From positions 448,001 to 512,000 of the forward strand of contig JBDHZC010000002.1 of the NCBI GenBank assembly GCA_039811685.1: a stretch of 64,000 nucleotides of DNA, given 5' to 3'. This DNA is from Armatimonadota bacterium (GTDB taxonomy: Bacteria; Armatimonadota; UBA5829; DSUL01). Under the pieces are notes generated by a model, which did not search any database, was not told the origin of the DNA, and worked only from the letters and a program-made list of their open reading frames with translations. The stretch's first letter is position 1. Each line of letters starts with the position of its first letter. The position numbers were made by a program, and so were the translations under genes. Shown piece by piece: positions 9,434 through 19,390 of this stretch.

Positions 9434-10210
9434 TCAAGCGCCACCGCCAGCCTGAGAGCCGGCCCAGTCATGCATCGTACGTTCAGACACCTGTTCATCA
9501 CTCTCCAGCCGTCCATCCCGGAAACGGAGGACTCTCTTCGCGGAGTGCGCGATCTCCTGCTCATGTGTCACCATCACGATCGTTTTGCCGGCATCATTCA
9601 ACCGCTGAAGGATGCTGATGATCTCCTGTGACGTGCGCGTATCGAGATTTCCCGTGGGCTCATCGGCGAAAATGATAGGCGGGTCGTTCACCAGCGCCCG
9701 CGCAATGGCTACCCGCTGCTGCTCACCACCGGACATTTCCGAAGGCGTGTGGCGCAGGCGGTGCCCCAACCCGACCATCTCAAGCGAGCGACGGCACGCA
9801 TCCCGCGGGCGCAGCGGCCCGCGGCTGTACACCAGTGGCAGATTGACGTTTTTCATAGCGTTCATCCGGGGCAGCAGATTGAAGCTCTGGAAAACGAAAC
9901 CGATTTTTCGGTTACGGATAGCGCACAGGCGCGAGTCGCCCAGACTGGCGACGTTTTCACCGTCCAACAGATATCGTCCGCAAGTTGGACGGTCCAGACA
10001 CCCGATCAGATTCATCAGCGTGGACTTGCCAGACCCCGAAGGTCCCATCACAGCCACAAACTCCTGCGGCCATATCTGAAGCGTCACATCCGTAAGCGCC
10101 CGTACCTCCACGCGCCCCTGCCGATAGACCCGGGAGACGCTGTCAAGATCAACCAGCGGGTGTGCAGGTGGTTCCTTCTCGTTGTGTGCGCGTGTCATTT
10201 GAGGTTTCAC
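9434..10210 (-). CDS. ABC transporter ATP-binding protein (LolD/MacB-like)
   Basis: Walker A GPSGSGKS, signature MSGGEQQR, Walker [16 protein letters not shown]. Confidence 0.93.
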   Translation of the reverse strand: MKPQMTRAHNEKEPPAHPLVDLDSVSRVYRQGRVEVRALTDVTLQIWPQEFVAVMGPSGSGKSTLMNLIGCLDRPTCGRYLLDGENVASLGDSRLCAIRNRKIGFVFQSFNLLPRMNAMKNVNLPLVYSRGPLRPRDACRRSLEMVGLGHRLRHTPSEMSGGEQQRVAIARALVNDPPIIFADEPTGNLDTRTSQEIISILQRLNDAGKTIVMVTHEQEIAHSAKRVLRFRDGRLESDEQVSERTMHDWAGSQAGGGA

Positions 10211-10368
10211 AGGTGTATTCCCGTCTGTAAAAGGTATTCACCGCAGCGCAGAGCGCTTCCTGTAATCGTGTTATCGTGGACGAAATGGCAAAGCGAAATG
10301 CGGACCAGGGCGCAGCGAATACGGGAAGCGATTCGAAACGCGGGACCACCCCTCCGGAGTGACACTTA

Positions 10369-10414
10369 GAAAAAACAAAGGGCGCAAACTCCACAGAAAA
10401 GAGTTGCGCCCCTT
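10369..10414 (-). terminator. Intrinsic terminator downstream of the prsA-like gene
   Basis: Minus strand GGGCGCAACTC...GAGTTTGCGCCC followed by TTTGTTTTTT. Confidence 0.75.
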
Positions 10415-10450
10415 GAAGCCGATTGCAGAGATCCGGCAGTAGAGTAGAAA

Positions 10451-11533
10451 CTACTTCGCGCCGCTCTGGCCCCCAGCCTGCCCACCTGCGCCGGGCGCAA
10501 GCGGCGGCTGGAGGATCTGGGACTGATCCTGCGCCTTTTTCAGGTTCTCCATGTACTGTTTGAAGAACTGATCATAGCCCGGCAGCGTGATCTTCACGTC
10601 CGCGTTTTTGACCATATTCTTCATCAGGTCCTGGAGCTTCTTGTCGCCGCCAGCCTTCTGCTGAAGCAAAACAGTCCTGATGACGGTCTTGACGTGATCC
10701 AGAGGCTGCATTCTGGATGGACGCACAGACTCCGCCTTCAGAACAACCCAGTTGTTGCCTGTCTGGAACGGCGCTGAAACCTGCCCGTCCTTCAAAGCGA
10801 ACGCGTGCGTAAAAATGTCCGGCGGCACACCCTGCGGAGCCGGGTGGAATTGGTCAGGCTTAGACACCCATCCAATCTCTCCACGGCTTTTCTTGGTGTT
10901 GACATCGTCCGAGTACTTCTCAGCCGCAGTTCCAAAAGCCACGCCACTGTCAATCGCCTTCTTTGCGTCCAGAGCCTTCTGTCTGGTATCCGTAACGATT
11001 GCCGAGAGCTTGACGGACTGCGGAATGTAGAAGCGCGATCTATTGCCCTGCTGGATCGCCTCGTCGTAGGTCTTCTTGACGTCTGCGTCAGATACTTTCA
11101 CGTACTTCGCAAGGATATTGATCTGGGCGATCTCAGGTTTGAGGCGGTCTCCCAACTCCTGGGTCGTCATTCCGCTGTTCTGCAGCAAATCGTTGAGGTT
11201 GCGGTTCTGATCAGAGAGCGCGGCGTTCATCTCTTTCTGCCGCTCTTCAACCTGCTTCTCTGTCGGCTCGACGCCCTCTTTCTTTGCCAAATCCAGAACC
11301 AGCGTCTCGTTAATAAGACTTCCCAGCACAGATGTCGCCACCTGCTGCTGCATAGGTGGCGGGAACTGCACCGCTGGGTTTGTGGGGAACCTCTGGAGCC
11401 GTTTGTTGAACGTATCCTGAGATATCTTTGTGCCGTTCACCGTACCGACGCCCCTCTTACCGCAGCCGTACGAGACTGCGAGGAAAAGCGTCAATGCCGA
11501 CGCGGCTGCGTATCTCCAGAGAGATGATCGCAT
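10451..11533 (-). CDS. Parvulin-type peptidyl-prolyl isomerase / foldase lipoprotein (PrsA/SurA-like)
   Basis: Lipobox-like SYGC; TVNGTKI SurA N-domain; FGTAAEKYSDD...GEIGW, GQVSAPF; ATG 11533 after GAGGAG. Confidence 0.87.
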   Translation of the reverse strand: MRSSLWRYAAASALTLFLAVSYGCGKRGVGTVNGTKISQDTFNKRLQRFPTNPAVQFPPPMQQQVATSVLGSLINETLVLDLAKKEGVEPTEKQVEERQKEMNAALSDQNRNLNDLLQNSGMTTQELGDRLKPEIAQINILAKYVKVSDADVKKTYDEAIQQGNRSRFYIPQSVKLSAIVTDTRQKALDAKKAIDSGVAFGTAAEKYSDDVNTKKSRGEIGWVSKPDQFHPAPQGVPPDIFTHAFALKDGQVSAPFQTGNNWVVLKAESVRPSRMQPLDHVKTVIRTVLLQQKAGGDKKLQDLMKNMVKNADVKITLPGYDQFFKQYMENLKKAQDQSQILQPPLAPGAGGQAGGQSGAK

Positions 11534-11756
11534 ACCAGTTATAACTCCTCTCTTACCGTCCATAGCCTATATCGACTCGTCGCGCTCTCGCGCGGCGGCC
11601 GACAATCTTAACAGCTCCTGTTGCACGTTATTTCGGACTTCACCGTGCGGCGATACCGGACGCACCGCTTCGCCGCCGCCCCGCAAAGACCTGTGCCCGC
11701 ACACACACTCGGAGCGATTCGCAGAGGTAAGCTCTGCAACTGACAGCAGAGTTTAC

Positions 11757-12815
11757 TCACGACTTTCGCTGCCCTGCCAGCATCAATTCTATTTCGGCAG
11801 TCTCAATCCCTGTCTTGAGGGCAATCTCATCAATGGACTGGCCTTGGGAAAAGAGACTGACAACTTCCCGGTACTTCGCGCGGCCCTGAGAGCTGATCAA
11901 CTTCGGACCCTTCTTGGACCCGCCGTTTTTCTTCGCCCTGGCCGGCTGCTCATCCGAAGCCTTCCCTTCCATACGAACAGATTGTGCCGTCAGTTCCGTT
12001 GAAGGGGAAGACTCAGGCTCGAGGCGCGCCATCCCACTCAAAGCGTTCATAGCCTGCTTCAGCGCACTCACCTCAGTAGCCATTGCGGCGACGGACTCTT
12101 CAAGAGCATTCAGCTTCTGAGCAGTCTCTCGCGTCTCAAGAGTGAGCTCGTGCGCCTGACGCACCTGTTCCCGTGAAGCCGCCACTTCCTGCTGCATCCC
12201 ACGGGCAAGCTGTGTCAACTCCGCAAGCACATCCGGGTTGACGTCTTCGGCACTGAGATCCTGCGGCTGATCCTCTGATTCATCCTCCGCCAGCAGGTCC
12301 GAAAAAGTCTTCTCCAGAGTAGCCAGCCGCTCCTCGAAACGAGTCATTTTCTCCGCGTTCTCCTCCGCGTGCGCCACTGGAGGAGCGCTTTCCAACCGGC
12401 TGGCCAAAGACTCGAGATGAGTCTGCAACTCCGCTCTCAGTCCGACTATGGCACTCTGCAGTCCCTGAGGTGTCACTGCCTGGCTGAAGGCAGACTTCAG
12501 CTCTTCCACCTCTTCAGTCAAAGCGGAAGGGTCTTGAGGACTGTCTCCCGAACTCCGAATACTTTCAATTTCTGTGAGGCGCTCGTGGAGGCGTCTGTCG
12601 CGCTCGTCCACCTGATCCCGCAGCATCTCCCCCATCTGCTCGAGATCGGCGCGCACTTCAGACATCCAGTCTTCGGTGGAAGCGCGGAAGTCGTCGTTGC
12701 TGGCAAGCACTCTAATATGGGGAATCACGCTGGTTGACAGCCAGTAGAGCAGACCGCAGGTGACAGCCAGCAGCAAAGCAGAACCCAGCAGAGCCACAAA
12801 AGCCAGATTACTCAT
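11757..12815 (-). CDS. Membrane-anchored coiled-coil protein with C-terminal HTH-like tail (SwrB/DUF2802/DUF6115-like)
   Basis: N-terminal TM helix, long acidic coiled coil, tail LFSQGQSIDEIALKTGIETAEIELML; directly downstream of sigma-28. Confidence 0.65.
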   Translation of the reverse strand: MSNLAFVALLGSALLLAVTCGLLYWLSTSVIPHIRVLASNDDFRASTEDWMSEVRADLEQMGEMLRDQVDERDRRLHERLTEIESIRSSGDSPQDPSALTEEVEELKSAFSQAVTPQGLQSAIVGLRAELQTHLESLASRLESAPPVAHAEENAEKMTRFEERLATLEKTFSDLLAEDESEDQPQDLSAEDVNPDVLAELTQLARGMQQEVAASREQVRQAHELTLETRETAQKLNALEESVAAMATEVSALKQAMNALSGMARLEPESSPSTELTAQSVRMEGKASDEQPARAKKNGGSKKGPKLISSQGRAKYREVVSLFSQGQSIDEIALKTGIETAEIELMLAGQRKS

Positions 12816-12824
12816 GGTGGAAAA

Positions 12825-13598
12825 TCAGGCGGTAAACAGCGCGACGTCCCTTTGCAGATAGCCCCGCATCCGGATGACCGCCTGTGTGTGAAGCTGATAC
12901 ACTCGAGACTCCGACACACCCAGAATCTTGCCAATTTCCCGGAATGTCAGCCCCTCGTAGTAGTAAAGCGATATAACCAGTTGCTCGCGTTCGGGCAAAC
13001 GGTCTATGGAATCTCCCAGCGTGCTTTGAACAGAGCGCAGTTCAACCTCACGAACGGTATTGGCGCTGTGATCCTGAACCACGTCTGTCAGATGAATGCG
13101 CTCGGAGCCTTCGGTGGTGACGACGATATCGTCCAGCGATAGCAGCGCCGCTCTGCCGGCGTCAGCCAGCATCTTATGAAGCTGGTCGATTTCGATCTCA
13201 AGATGATCGGCAATCTCTTCGTCGGTAGCAGGGCGTCCAAGCTCCGCTTCCAGATGGAGGAATGTGCGCTCGAGCAGCTTGATCTTTTCGCGCACAGAGC
13301 GTGGAACCCAGTCCTCTTCGCGCAGCATTTCCAGGATTGCGCCGCGAATGAGCGCGATGGCGTAGGTTTCAAACTTGACGTTGCGGCCGCGGTCAAACTG
13401 GTCAATCGCCTTGACCAGACCGACGACGCCAGCGGAAACCAGGTCTTCTCTGTCCACATTTGGAGGCAGGCTGGTGACCACGCGCCCGGCTGTAATCTTC
13501 ACCAGGTACGCATAGCGCGTGATCAGTTGATCTCGCGCGCGTTGATCCCCCCAGTTCTTGAACTGATCCCAGGTCTGCTCGATTTGCGTGGAGTGCAT
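12825..13598 (-). CDS. fliA: RNA polymerase sigma-28 factor (FliA/WhiG family)
   Basis: REDLVSAG, FETYA..IRGAI, DWVPRS, LYYYEGLTFREIG..LGVSESRVYQLH; ATG 13598 after GAAGGGA. Confidence 0.92.
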   Translation of the reverse strand: MHSTQIEQTWDQFKNWGDQRARDQLITRYAYLVKITAGRVVTSLPPNVDREDLVSAGVVGLVKAIDQFDRGRNVKFETYAIALIRGAILEMLREEDWVPRSVREKIKLLERTFLHLEAELGRPATDEEIADHLEIEIDQLHKMLADAGRAALLSLDDIVVTTEGSERIHLTDVVQDHSANTVREVELRSVQSTLGDSIDRLPEREQLVISLYYYEGLTFREIGKILGVSESRVYQLHTQAVIRMRGYLQRDVALFTA

Positions 13599-13712
13599 GT
13601 GCTTCCCTTCAGATGCCTTACGCAGGTGGCTTGTTTGCGACTCCGCGCCCCGGCAAGCCGGCGCAATGGTTGCGCCGCAGGTGGAGCCTTTGCGATGCGC
13701 AGAGGCCGCACT

Positions 13713-13741
13713 ATTGTAACTGAGGCCATACCCCATGTCAA
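13713..13741 (-). promoter_or_regulatory. Sigma-70 promoter of fliA
   Basis: Minus strand TTGACA-17 nt-TACAAT, ~115 nt upstream of the ATG. Confidence 0.8.
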
Positions 13742-14070
13742 TCAACCGATCCCGGGAGAACCTGACGCCACACCTGATTCCGCGCAGCCCCTGATCTGTG
13801 ACTTTGCGCGAAATAAGATGCGCCCGTTGCGCCGGGCTTTCCCGCATGTTCAAGGTGAGCTTTGTACGAATTGCCGCCCTGGCCACGAGACCAGAAGCGC
13901 ATGTTGCTCCGGCGCCGCCCATCGATCTCCGGCGCGTGCGCTTCACGGCTTCGTGCCACCGACAGCTTCAAAGCGCTAAGGGATAGGAGATCTTGCCCGG
14001 TCGTACTTCATGTTCCACCTGCGTTGTCGGCTATTCACACAGTTTTTTGTTGTTGGCGTAGCCTTTACCC

Positions 14071-14097
14071 TAAAGTTCTGCGCGTTTTCTCCGACAA
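14071..14097 (+). promoter_or_regulatory. Sigma-28-like promoter
   Basis: TAAA(G)-15 nt-TCCGACAA versus consensus TAAA-N15-GCCGATAA. Confidence 0.45.
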
Positions 14098-14118
14098 TAG
14101 AGAATCCCCTGAAGCGCG

Positions 14119-16176
14119 CTAGTCCACTCGGATCAGCTTCACGTAGTCAATACCCGCCATATAATTCTTCACCGCAGACGGGTTTGAACCGATCATTTCA
14201 ACACTCAGGCGATTGTCTCCCTCTCGAAGCTCGGCAGTCCCCAGCAAAAGCGCGCCTGTTGAGACGACGCGGGGGCCGTATAGATCCACCGGGCCTCCCA
14301 ATGGCTGGGCATTGATTGAGAACTGGACGATACCATAGTCCGGCGCCCGGGTCAGCGCTGCGACAATGTTGTACCGGCCAGCGGTCACAGCAGGCAGGGC
14401 GAGAACCAGGTGGTTGCCCGGCTGGTTGTCTCGCCACCAGAGCTGACGCAAGTTACTCCAGTCCTCCCCGAAACCGCCCATCGTCTGCGTATCCACCGTC
14501 CCCTGATGCTCAACAACTCTGAGCTGCTCACCTTCCAGAGCATTGTTCTCGCGATAGATTTTGACTGCGGGATACCAGTCTTTTCTGTCTTTCAGATGGC
14601 GTGAAGTATAGGGATCGCGCCCTGAGCTGTCCAGATACCAGTACACTGTATTTGCGTACAGGGTAGGGCGGTCATTGGCGAAGTACTTCTCGATAGCGGC
14701 TTCCAGAGAAGTGTGAAACGCCACACTGTCAGCGATCTGCCAGCGGTTTACAGCCACGTGCCCCGTGTTGTCTCCGTCGTTGCGGGTCTGATTGTGAAAG
14801 GCGTTGTGAAAGAGCTCCGGCGTGCACCAGGCGTAGCCGAAGTAGTCTTCCGAGCCAGTTCCGAATGTGCTGGGAAACTTCTCGCCGTCCACAAAGAACT
14901 TCTCGTCGCCTTCCCCCCACCACGCGCCTCTCGGATTCCAAATCTCAAGCGCCGTGCCGACGAAGCGGCCTCTGCCCTGTGTTCTCAGCATCGTCCAGTC
15001 AATGGCGCGCTCTGGCTCTGAGGGTAGAAAAGCGTCCCTGTGCCATTTGGCGTGAAAGAGCGCGCTTCCGGCTTCCTCTGCGCGAAGCGGGCGAGAGGTT
15101 ATCTCCACATGGATCTGCGGCGCATCGGCAAGCGAGCTTGAGAGTTTCACTTCCGCGCGTCTGGTGAAGGGCATTGCCCAGAAGCTGTAGAGGGTATCCC
15201 CCGAAATCCCCATCGGCAGGGACAGGTAGCTGTTCAGCCCCGGTCCTCCACCGAAAAAGTCTCCAAGCGGCGCGAGTACCTCCGGCGCCAGGCCGCCATC
15301 AAAGTTGATGGACAAAACAGCATCGCGTAAAAACGCGCTCGCCTTTTCGGGCTCCATGTCCGGGAGAATGACTTTCAGAGAAGTGATGAGCTGTGCGCCT
15401 TTGAGATCTGCGACAACTGTGTCTTTTCCCGGCGTGCCCGCCCATCGCAGCAGTCTCGATTCCGGCCTGTCCTTTCGTGGCAGGAACTGCCGTGGGTCTT
15501 CTCCCAGGTGTCCGGTCAGATAGTCGTTGACAGCCTCCAGAGCTTGCGTGTCCTTCATGGAGAGATCCATCCGGAACGTCGGCAGCCGGGTTCCCTTCGG
15601 ATAAGTAGTGTAGGTGAACTGGTAGTAGTTGCCCCAGCCTTTGTCCGCTTCGATCCGGCAACTCTTATTGAACGGAATCGGGACGTAGTTGTTCAGCCCC
15701 TTCGCCACCTCATGCACCAGAGCCGGATAGTTGAACGGAGATGTGCTCCCGTTGAAGTAGTCCTTGAAGGGCAGGTCTACGGCGGGAGTGGAACTTCCGT
15801 CCAGGAAGATGCGGACGTGCCCATCGCCCGCCTGCGCGGACCATGTCCGCCAGATGCATCCCGGCCCCTCAATCTCCGCCATGACGGAGATATCCCCCTC
15901 GTGGCGCACCATACCGGCGTTATCTCCATTGGCGTCCCAGTTGATGTATTTGCCTGTAGCCTCGTCGTAGCGGCTGGCGCGGTCGTAGCTGGAGGCCTGC
16001 GCGGTCTTTTCTCCCGCAGGCGGAAGCTCGGCGAGGCGGTCCAGATCAATCATCCGGTAAACCAGGTCTGAATAGGACAGCTTTTCAGCCGGCGCCGCGC
16101 CGCCGGACAGCCCGGCGAACCCGCACAAGGACATAGCCAGCGTGAGGCTACAGAGGACTCTGGAAGTGCGCTTCAT
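14119..16176 (-). CDS. Secreted DUF2961 / GH172-family glycoside hydrolase
   Basis: QASSYDR, GPGCIWR, APLGDFF, WWGEGDE, GTGSEDYF motifs; signal peptide; ATG 16176 after CAGGAG. Confidence 0.88.
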   Translation of the reverse strand: MKRTSRVLCSLTLAMSLCGFAGLSGGAAPAEKLSYSDLVYRMIDLDRLAELPPAGEKTAQASSYDRASRYDEATGKYINWDANGDNAGMVRHEGDISVMAEIEGPGCIWRTWSAQAGDGHVRIFLDGSSTPAVDLPFKDYFNGSTSPFNYPALVHEVAKGLNNYVPIPFNKSCRIEADKGWGNYYQFTYTTYPKGTRLPTFRMDLSMKDTQALEAVNDYLTGHLGEDPRQFLPRKDRPESRLLRWAGTPGKDTVVADLKGAQLITSLKVILPDMEPEKASAFLRDAVLSINFDGGLAPEVLAPLGDFFGGGPGLNSYLSLPMGISGDTLYSFWAMPFTRRAEVKLSSSLADAPQIHVEITSRPLRAEEAGSALFHAKWHRDAFLPSEPERAIDWTMLRTQGRGRFVGTALEIWNPRGAWWGEGDEKFFVDGEKFPSTFGTGSEDYFGYAWCTPELFHNAFHNQTRNDGDNTGHVAVNRWQIADSVAFHTSLEAAIEKYFANDRPTLYANTVYWYLDSSGRDPYTSRHLKDRKDWYPAVKIYRENNALEGEQLRVVEHQGTVDTQTMGGFGEDWSNLRQLWWRDNQPGNHLVLALPAVTAGRYNIVAALTRAPDYGIVQFSINAQPLGGPVDLYGPRVVSTGALLLGTAELREGDNRLSVEMIGSNPSAVKNYMAGIDYVKLIRVD

Positions 16177-16290
16177 CGTGAATATCTCCTGCGTTTGGAA
16201 TGCCGACATCTTCGGCAGGAGAGATGATGCGCCCTCCCTCACGCGCGCGGGCTTTGTGCGTGGAATAATCTCCCGGAGGTCCCGCAGGCT

Positions 16291-16980
16291 ATGCCAGACA
16301 ATCCAGCCCTTTCGTTCACAACCCTGTACGCCGCTGCCGTGGTCTGCGCGGCCATGTGGTACGGATGGTCCATCGTCCAGGCAATGCGGCGGCGCACCGA
16401 GATCGCAGGCTGGGCGCTTGCCAGCGGCTACAGCTATTCACGAGACGATTTTGACAACCTACCCGTCAACTACGGCTGGTTCAGCGAATTGCAGACGCGC
16501 CAGGAATGCTATGCGTCCAACGTCGTTTCGGGTAAGTACGGAGAGCGGAGCTTCAGGGTATTTGACTTCAATCTGGTAGCGCGCTCCAACAGCGGCTTGA
16601 AGCGCACGACAGCCAGCATGACAGTGCTGATCATGGATGCGCAAGTGGCCTTTCCACCGATGCGCATCCGCCCGGAGCGGACCACAGACCGGCTTGCGGG
16701 AGCGGCGGGTTTCGACGATATTGATTTTGAATCCCATGAGTTCAGCCAGCAATTTTACGTGCAGTGCTCTGACCGCAAGTTCGCCTACGATCTGATCCAT
16801 CCACGTATGATGGAGTATCTGCTTGAGCACAAAGGGCCGCGGCTGGAGCTGGCGGCGGGCAGCGTTCTGGCGATTACCGGAACACTGTGGACAAGCCGGG
16901 AGTGCGAGCGCGTGCTGGAGTTCGCCGCCGGGTTTTTTGAGCTGATTCCGGAGTATCTCATGCAATGTCACTCTACATAA
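16291..16980 (+). CDS. DUF3137-like membrane-anchored protein
   Basis: N-terminal TM helix; DIDFESHEF...AYDLIHPRMMEYL motif; paralog at 22094-22837. Confidence 0.7.
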   Translation: MPDNPALSFTTLYAAAVVCAAMWYGWSIVQAMRRRTEIAGWALASGYSYSRDDFDNLPVNYGWFSELQTRQECYASNVVSGKYGERSFRVFDFNLVARSNSGLKRTTASMTVLIMDAQVAFPPMRIRPERTTDRLAGAAGFDDIDFESHEFSQQFYVQCSDRKFAYDLIHPRMMEYLLEHKGPRLELAAGSVLAITGTLWTSRECERVLEFAAGFFELIPEYLMQCHST

Positions 16981-17900
16981 CCGAAGAGGAAGTCGCGGGC
17001 GCGCTGGATATACCCAGCGCAATCGAAGCAGTTGAGCGCGCTATGATCCAGCTTGCCTCAGGCGAAGCCCGCGTGATTGTCCGCAGGCGGGCGCGCACAC
17101 GGGGCGGGCTGTTTCATCTGCTTGCGGGGGCGTCTGAAGCGGACGGTGTACACGGCCTGAAAGCCTACACCACGGGCAAGGGCGGCGCGCGCTTTTACGT
17201 GTTCTTGTTCAACAGCGCAGGTGAGCTTGAGGCCACCATCGAGGCGGACCATCTGGGGCGCATGCGCACAGGCGCGGCCAGCGGGGTGGCGACGCGGTAT
17301 CTCTCAAGACCGGACGCGCGGCGTCTGCTGATCATAGGCTCGGGACAGCAGGCTACGGCGCAGGTGATGGCCGTAGCGCACGTGCGGCCTGTAGAGCAGG
17401 TGGAAGTGTGGAGCCGGACGGAGGAGCACCGCGAACGCTTTGCGCATCAGTTGAGCAAAGAAGCCGGGCTTGACGCAAGGGCCGTCAGCGATCCGCAGTT
17501 TGCGGCCCTTCACTGCGATATTATCACCACTGTCACGACCGCCATTGAACCTGTTCTTGAAGCGGACTGGATCAGCCCTGGCACGCACATTAACGCCTGT
17601 GGCTCCAACAGTCTGAAGCGCGTTGAGCTGGACCCATTCGTTCTGGAGAAGGCGGACTGTGTGTGTGCGGATCTGATGGAACAGGCGCGTCTGGAATCCG
17701 GCGATATGGCTAACGCGGAGCAGGCAGGAGTGTTTCACTGGGAAGAAGCGGTGGAGCTGGCCAATGTTGTGAGCGGGCGCTTCCAGGGCCGCAGCTCGCC
17801 GGAAGACATCACGCTGTTTGAATCGCATGGCCTTGGAATCTGGGACGTAGCGTGCGCAAAGGTGGTAGTGGATCGGATCAGGGGCGAACGTACTGGCTGA
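16965..17900 (+). CDS. Ornithine cyclodeaminase / mu-crystallin family protein
   Basis: MRTGAASGVAT, IIGSGQQA, GTHINACGS, GRSSPEDITLFESHG..DV. Confidence 0.9.
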   Translation: MSLYITEEEVAGALDIPSAIEAVERAMIQLASGEARVIVRRRARTRGGLFHLLAGASEADGVHGLKAYTTGKGGARFYVFLFNSAGELEATIEADHLGRMRTGAASGVATRYLSRPDARRLLIIGSGQQATAQVMAVAHVRPVEQVEVWSRTEEHRERFAHQLSKEAGLDARAVSDPQFAALHCDIITTVTTAIEPVLEADWISPGTHINACGSNSLKRVELDPFVLEKADCVCADLMEQARLESGDMANAEQAGVFHWEEAVELANVVSGRFQGRSSPEDITLFESHGLGIWDVACAKVVVDRIRGERTG

Positions 17901-18020
17901 AAACACACAGGCAGGTTATTGCCTCCGGCGGGCTTCAGCCGGTAACATCCTTCTGGAGCCGTGGCAGGTGACGGTGAGGCTCCGCTGGTTCCAATTTTAC
18001 CGGGCTGAAGGGAAGCGCAG

Positions 18021-19343
18021 ATGATCAAGATTGCAATGATCGGGGCGGGTAGCGTGGGCTTCACGCGACGGCTGCTGATGGATATTCTGGCTGTTGCTGA
18101 GTTGCGTGACACACAGTTCTACCTTATGGACATTGATCCCGAGGCGCTGGAGATGTCCGCCAATCTGTGTGGCAAGATGATCGCAGACAACGAGCTTGCG
18201 GCCCGGGTTGTCTCCACAACGGACCGGGGGCAGGCGCTGGACGGCGCGGACTATGTGATCACGATGATCCGCGTGGGAGGTCTGGAGGCTTTCGCCAAAG
18301 ATATCGAAATCCCACTGAGGCACGGCGTGGATCAGTGCGTTGGAGACACGCTGGGCCCGGGTGGCATTTTTTACGCCCTCCGCACCATTCCGGTGCTCCT
18401 TGAGATCGCCTCTGACATCGAGCGGCTGTGTCCGGGCGCGTTGTGGCTGAACTACTCCAACCCGATGGCGATGAACTGCTGGGCGGTGCGCCGGGCAAGC
18501 AGCGCACAGATTGTGGGGCTGTGTCACGGGGTGCAGGGCGGCGCGCACCAGATAGCGACTGCGCTCGGAGTGCCGGATGCGGAGCTTGAATACGTCTGCG
18601 CGGGCATCAATCATCAGACGTGGTTCATCAAGGTTGCGCACAAGGGCAGGGATTTGACAGGACGCGTGCTGGAGGGCTTCAAGAACAACGCCGACCTGAT
18701 GAAGCACGAGCCGCTGCGCATTGATGTACTGGAGCGCTTCGGATACTACTCGACCGAGTCAAACGGGCACCTCTCCGAATATCTGCCCTGGTACCGCAAG
18801 GGCGGTAAGGAACAGATTGACCGCTGGACGGACTACTCTACATGGATTGGCGGGGAGACGGGTGGCTATTTGCGTTGCTGCAGGGAGAGCCAGGACGACT
18901 ACCGCAAGAACTACCCCCGGTGGCTTTCCGGAGAGCTGGAGCAGATCAAGCTCGGAGAGCGCTCACACGAGCACGGTTCGTACATCATTGAAGCGCTGGA
19001 GACGGGGCGCCGTTACTGGGGCTGCTTCAACGTGGAGAACACAGGGCTGATCACCAACCTTCCCGACGGCTGCACGGTGGAACTGCCCTGCATTGTGGAC
19101 TCAACCGGGATTCATCCCACACATGTAGGCGATCTCCCGCTTCAGTGCGCCGCAACGTGCCGCGCGTCCATCAGCGCGCAGGAGATGGCGGTGGAGGCGG
19201 CGCTGACAGGAGACCGCGATCTAGTGAAGCTGGCGGTTTTGCACGATCCACTGACTTCCGCTCTCTTGACGCCGGAGCAGGTGTGGGAGATGTGCGATGA
19301 AATGTTTGCGCAAATGAGCCCATGGCTGCCTCAATTCAGGTGA
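18021..19343 (+). CDS. melA: GH4 alpha-galactosidase
   Basis: KIAMIGAGSVGF, GDTLGPGG, LNYSNPM, GLCHGV, AGINHQ, TESNGHLSEY. Confidence 0.88.
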   Translation: MIKIAMIGAGSVGFTRRLLMDILAVAELRDTQFYLMDIDPEALEMSANLCGKMIADNELAARVVSTTDRGQALDGADYVITMIRVGGLEAFAKDIEIPLRHGVDQCVGDTLGPGGIFYALRTIPVLLEIASDIERLCPGALWLNYSNPMAMNCWAVRRASSAQIVGLCHGVQGGAHQIATALGVPDAELEYVCAGINHQTWFIKVAHKGRDLTGRVLEGFKNNADLMKHEPLRIDVLERFGYYSTESNGHLSEYLPWYRKGGKEQIDRWTDYSTWIGGETGGYLRCCRESQDDYRKNYPRWLSGELEQIKLGERSHEHGSYIIEALETGRRYWGCFNVENTGLITNLPDGCTVELPCIVDSTGIHPTHVGDLPLQCAATCRASISAQEMAVEAALTGDRDLVKLAVLHDPLTSALLTPEQVWEMCDEMFAQMSPWLPQFR

Positions 19344-19390
19344 GCTCGAAAAAGCGCCCTATTCGAGTGTGAGGCGGTGTAAAGGCCGCG

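Noticed and set aside
13599..13946. 116-aa N-terminal extension of sigma-28
   Set aside because: Contains the TTGACA/TACAAT promoter; an SD precedes ATG 13598
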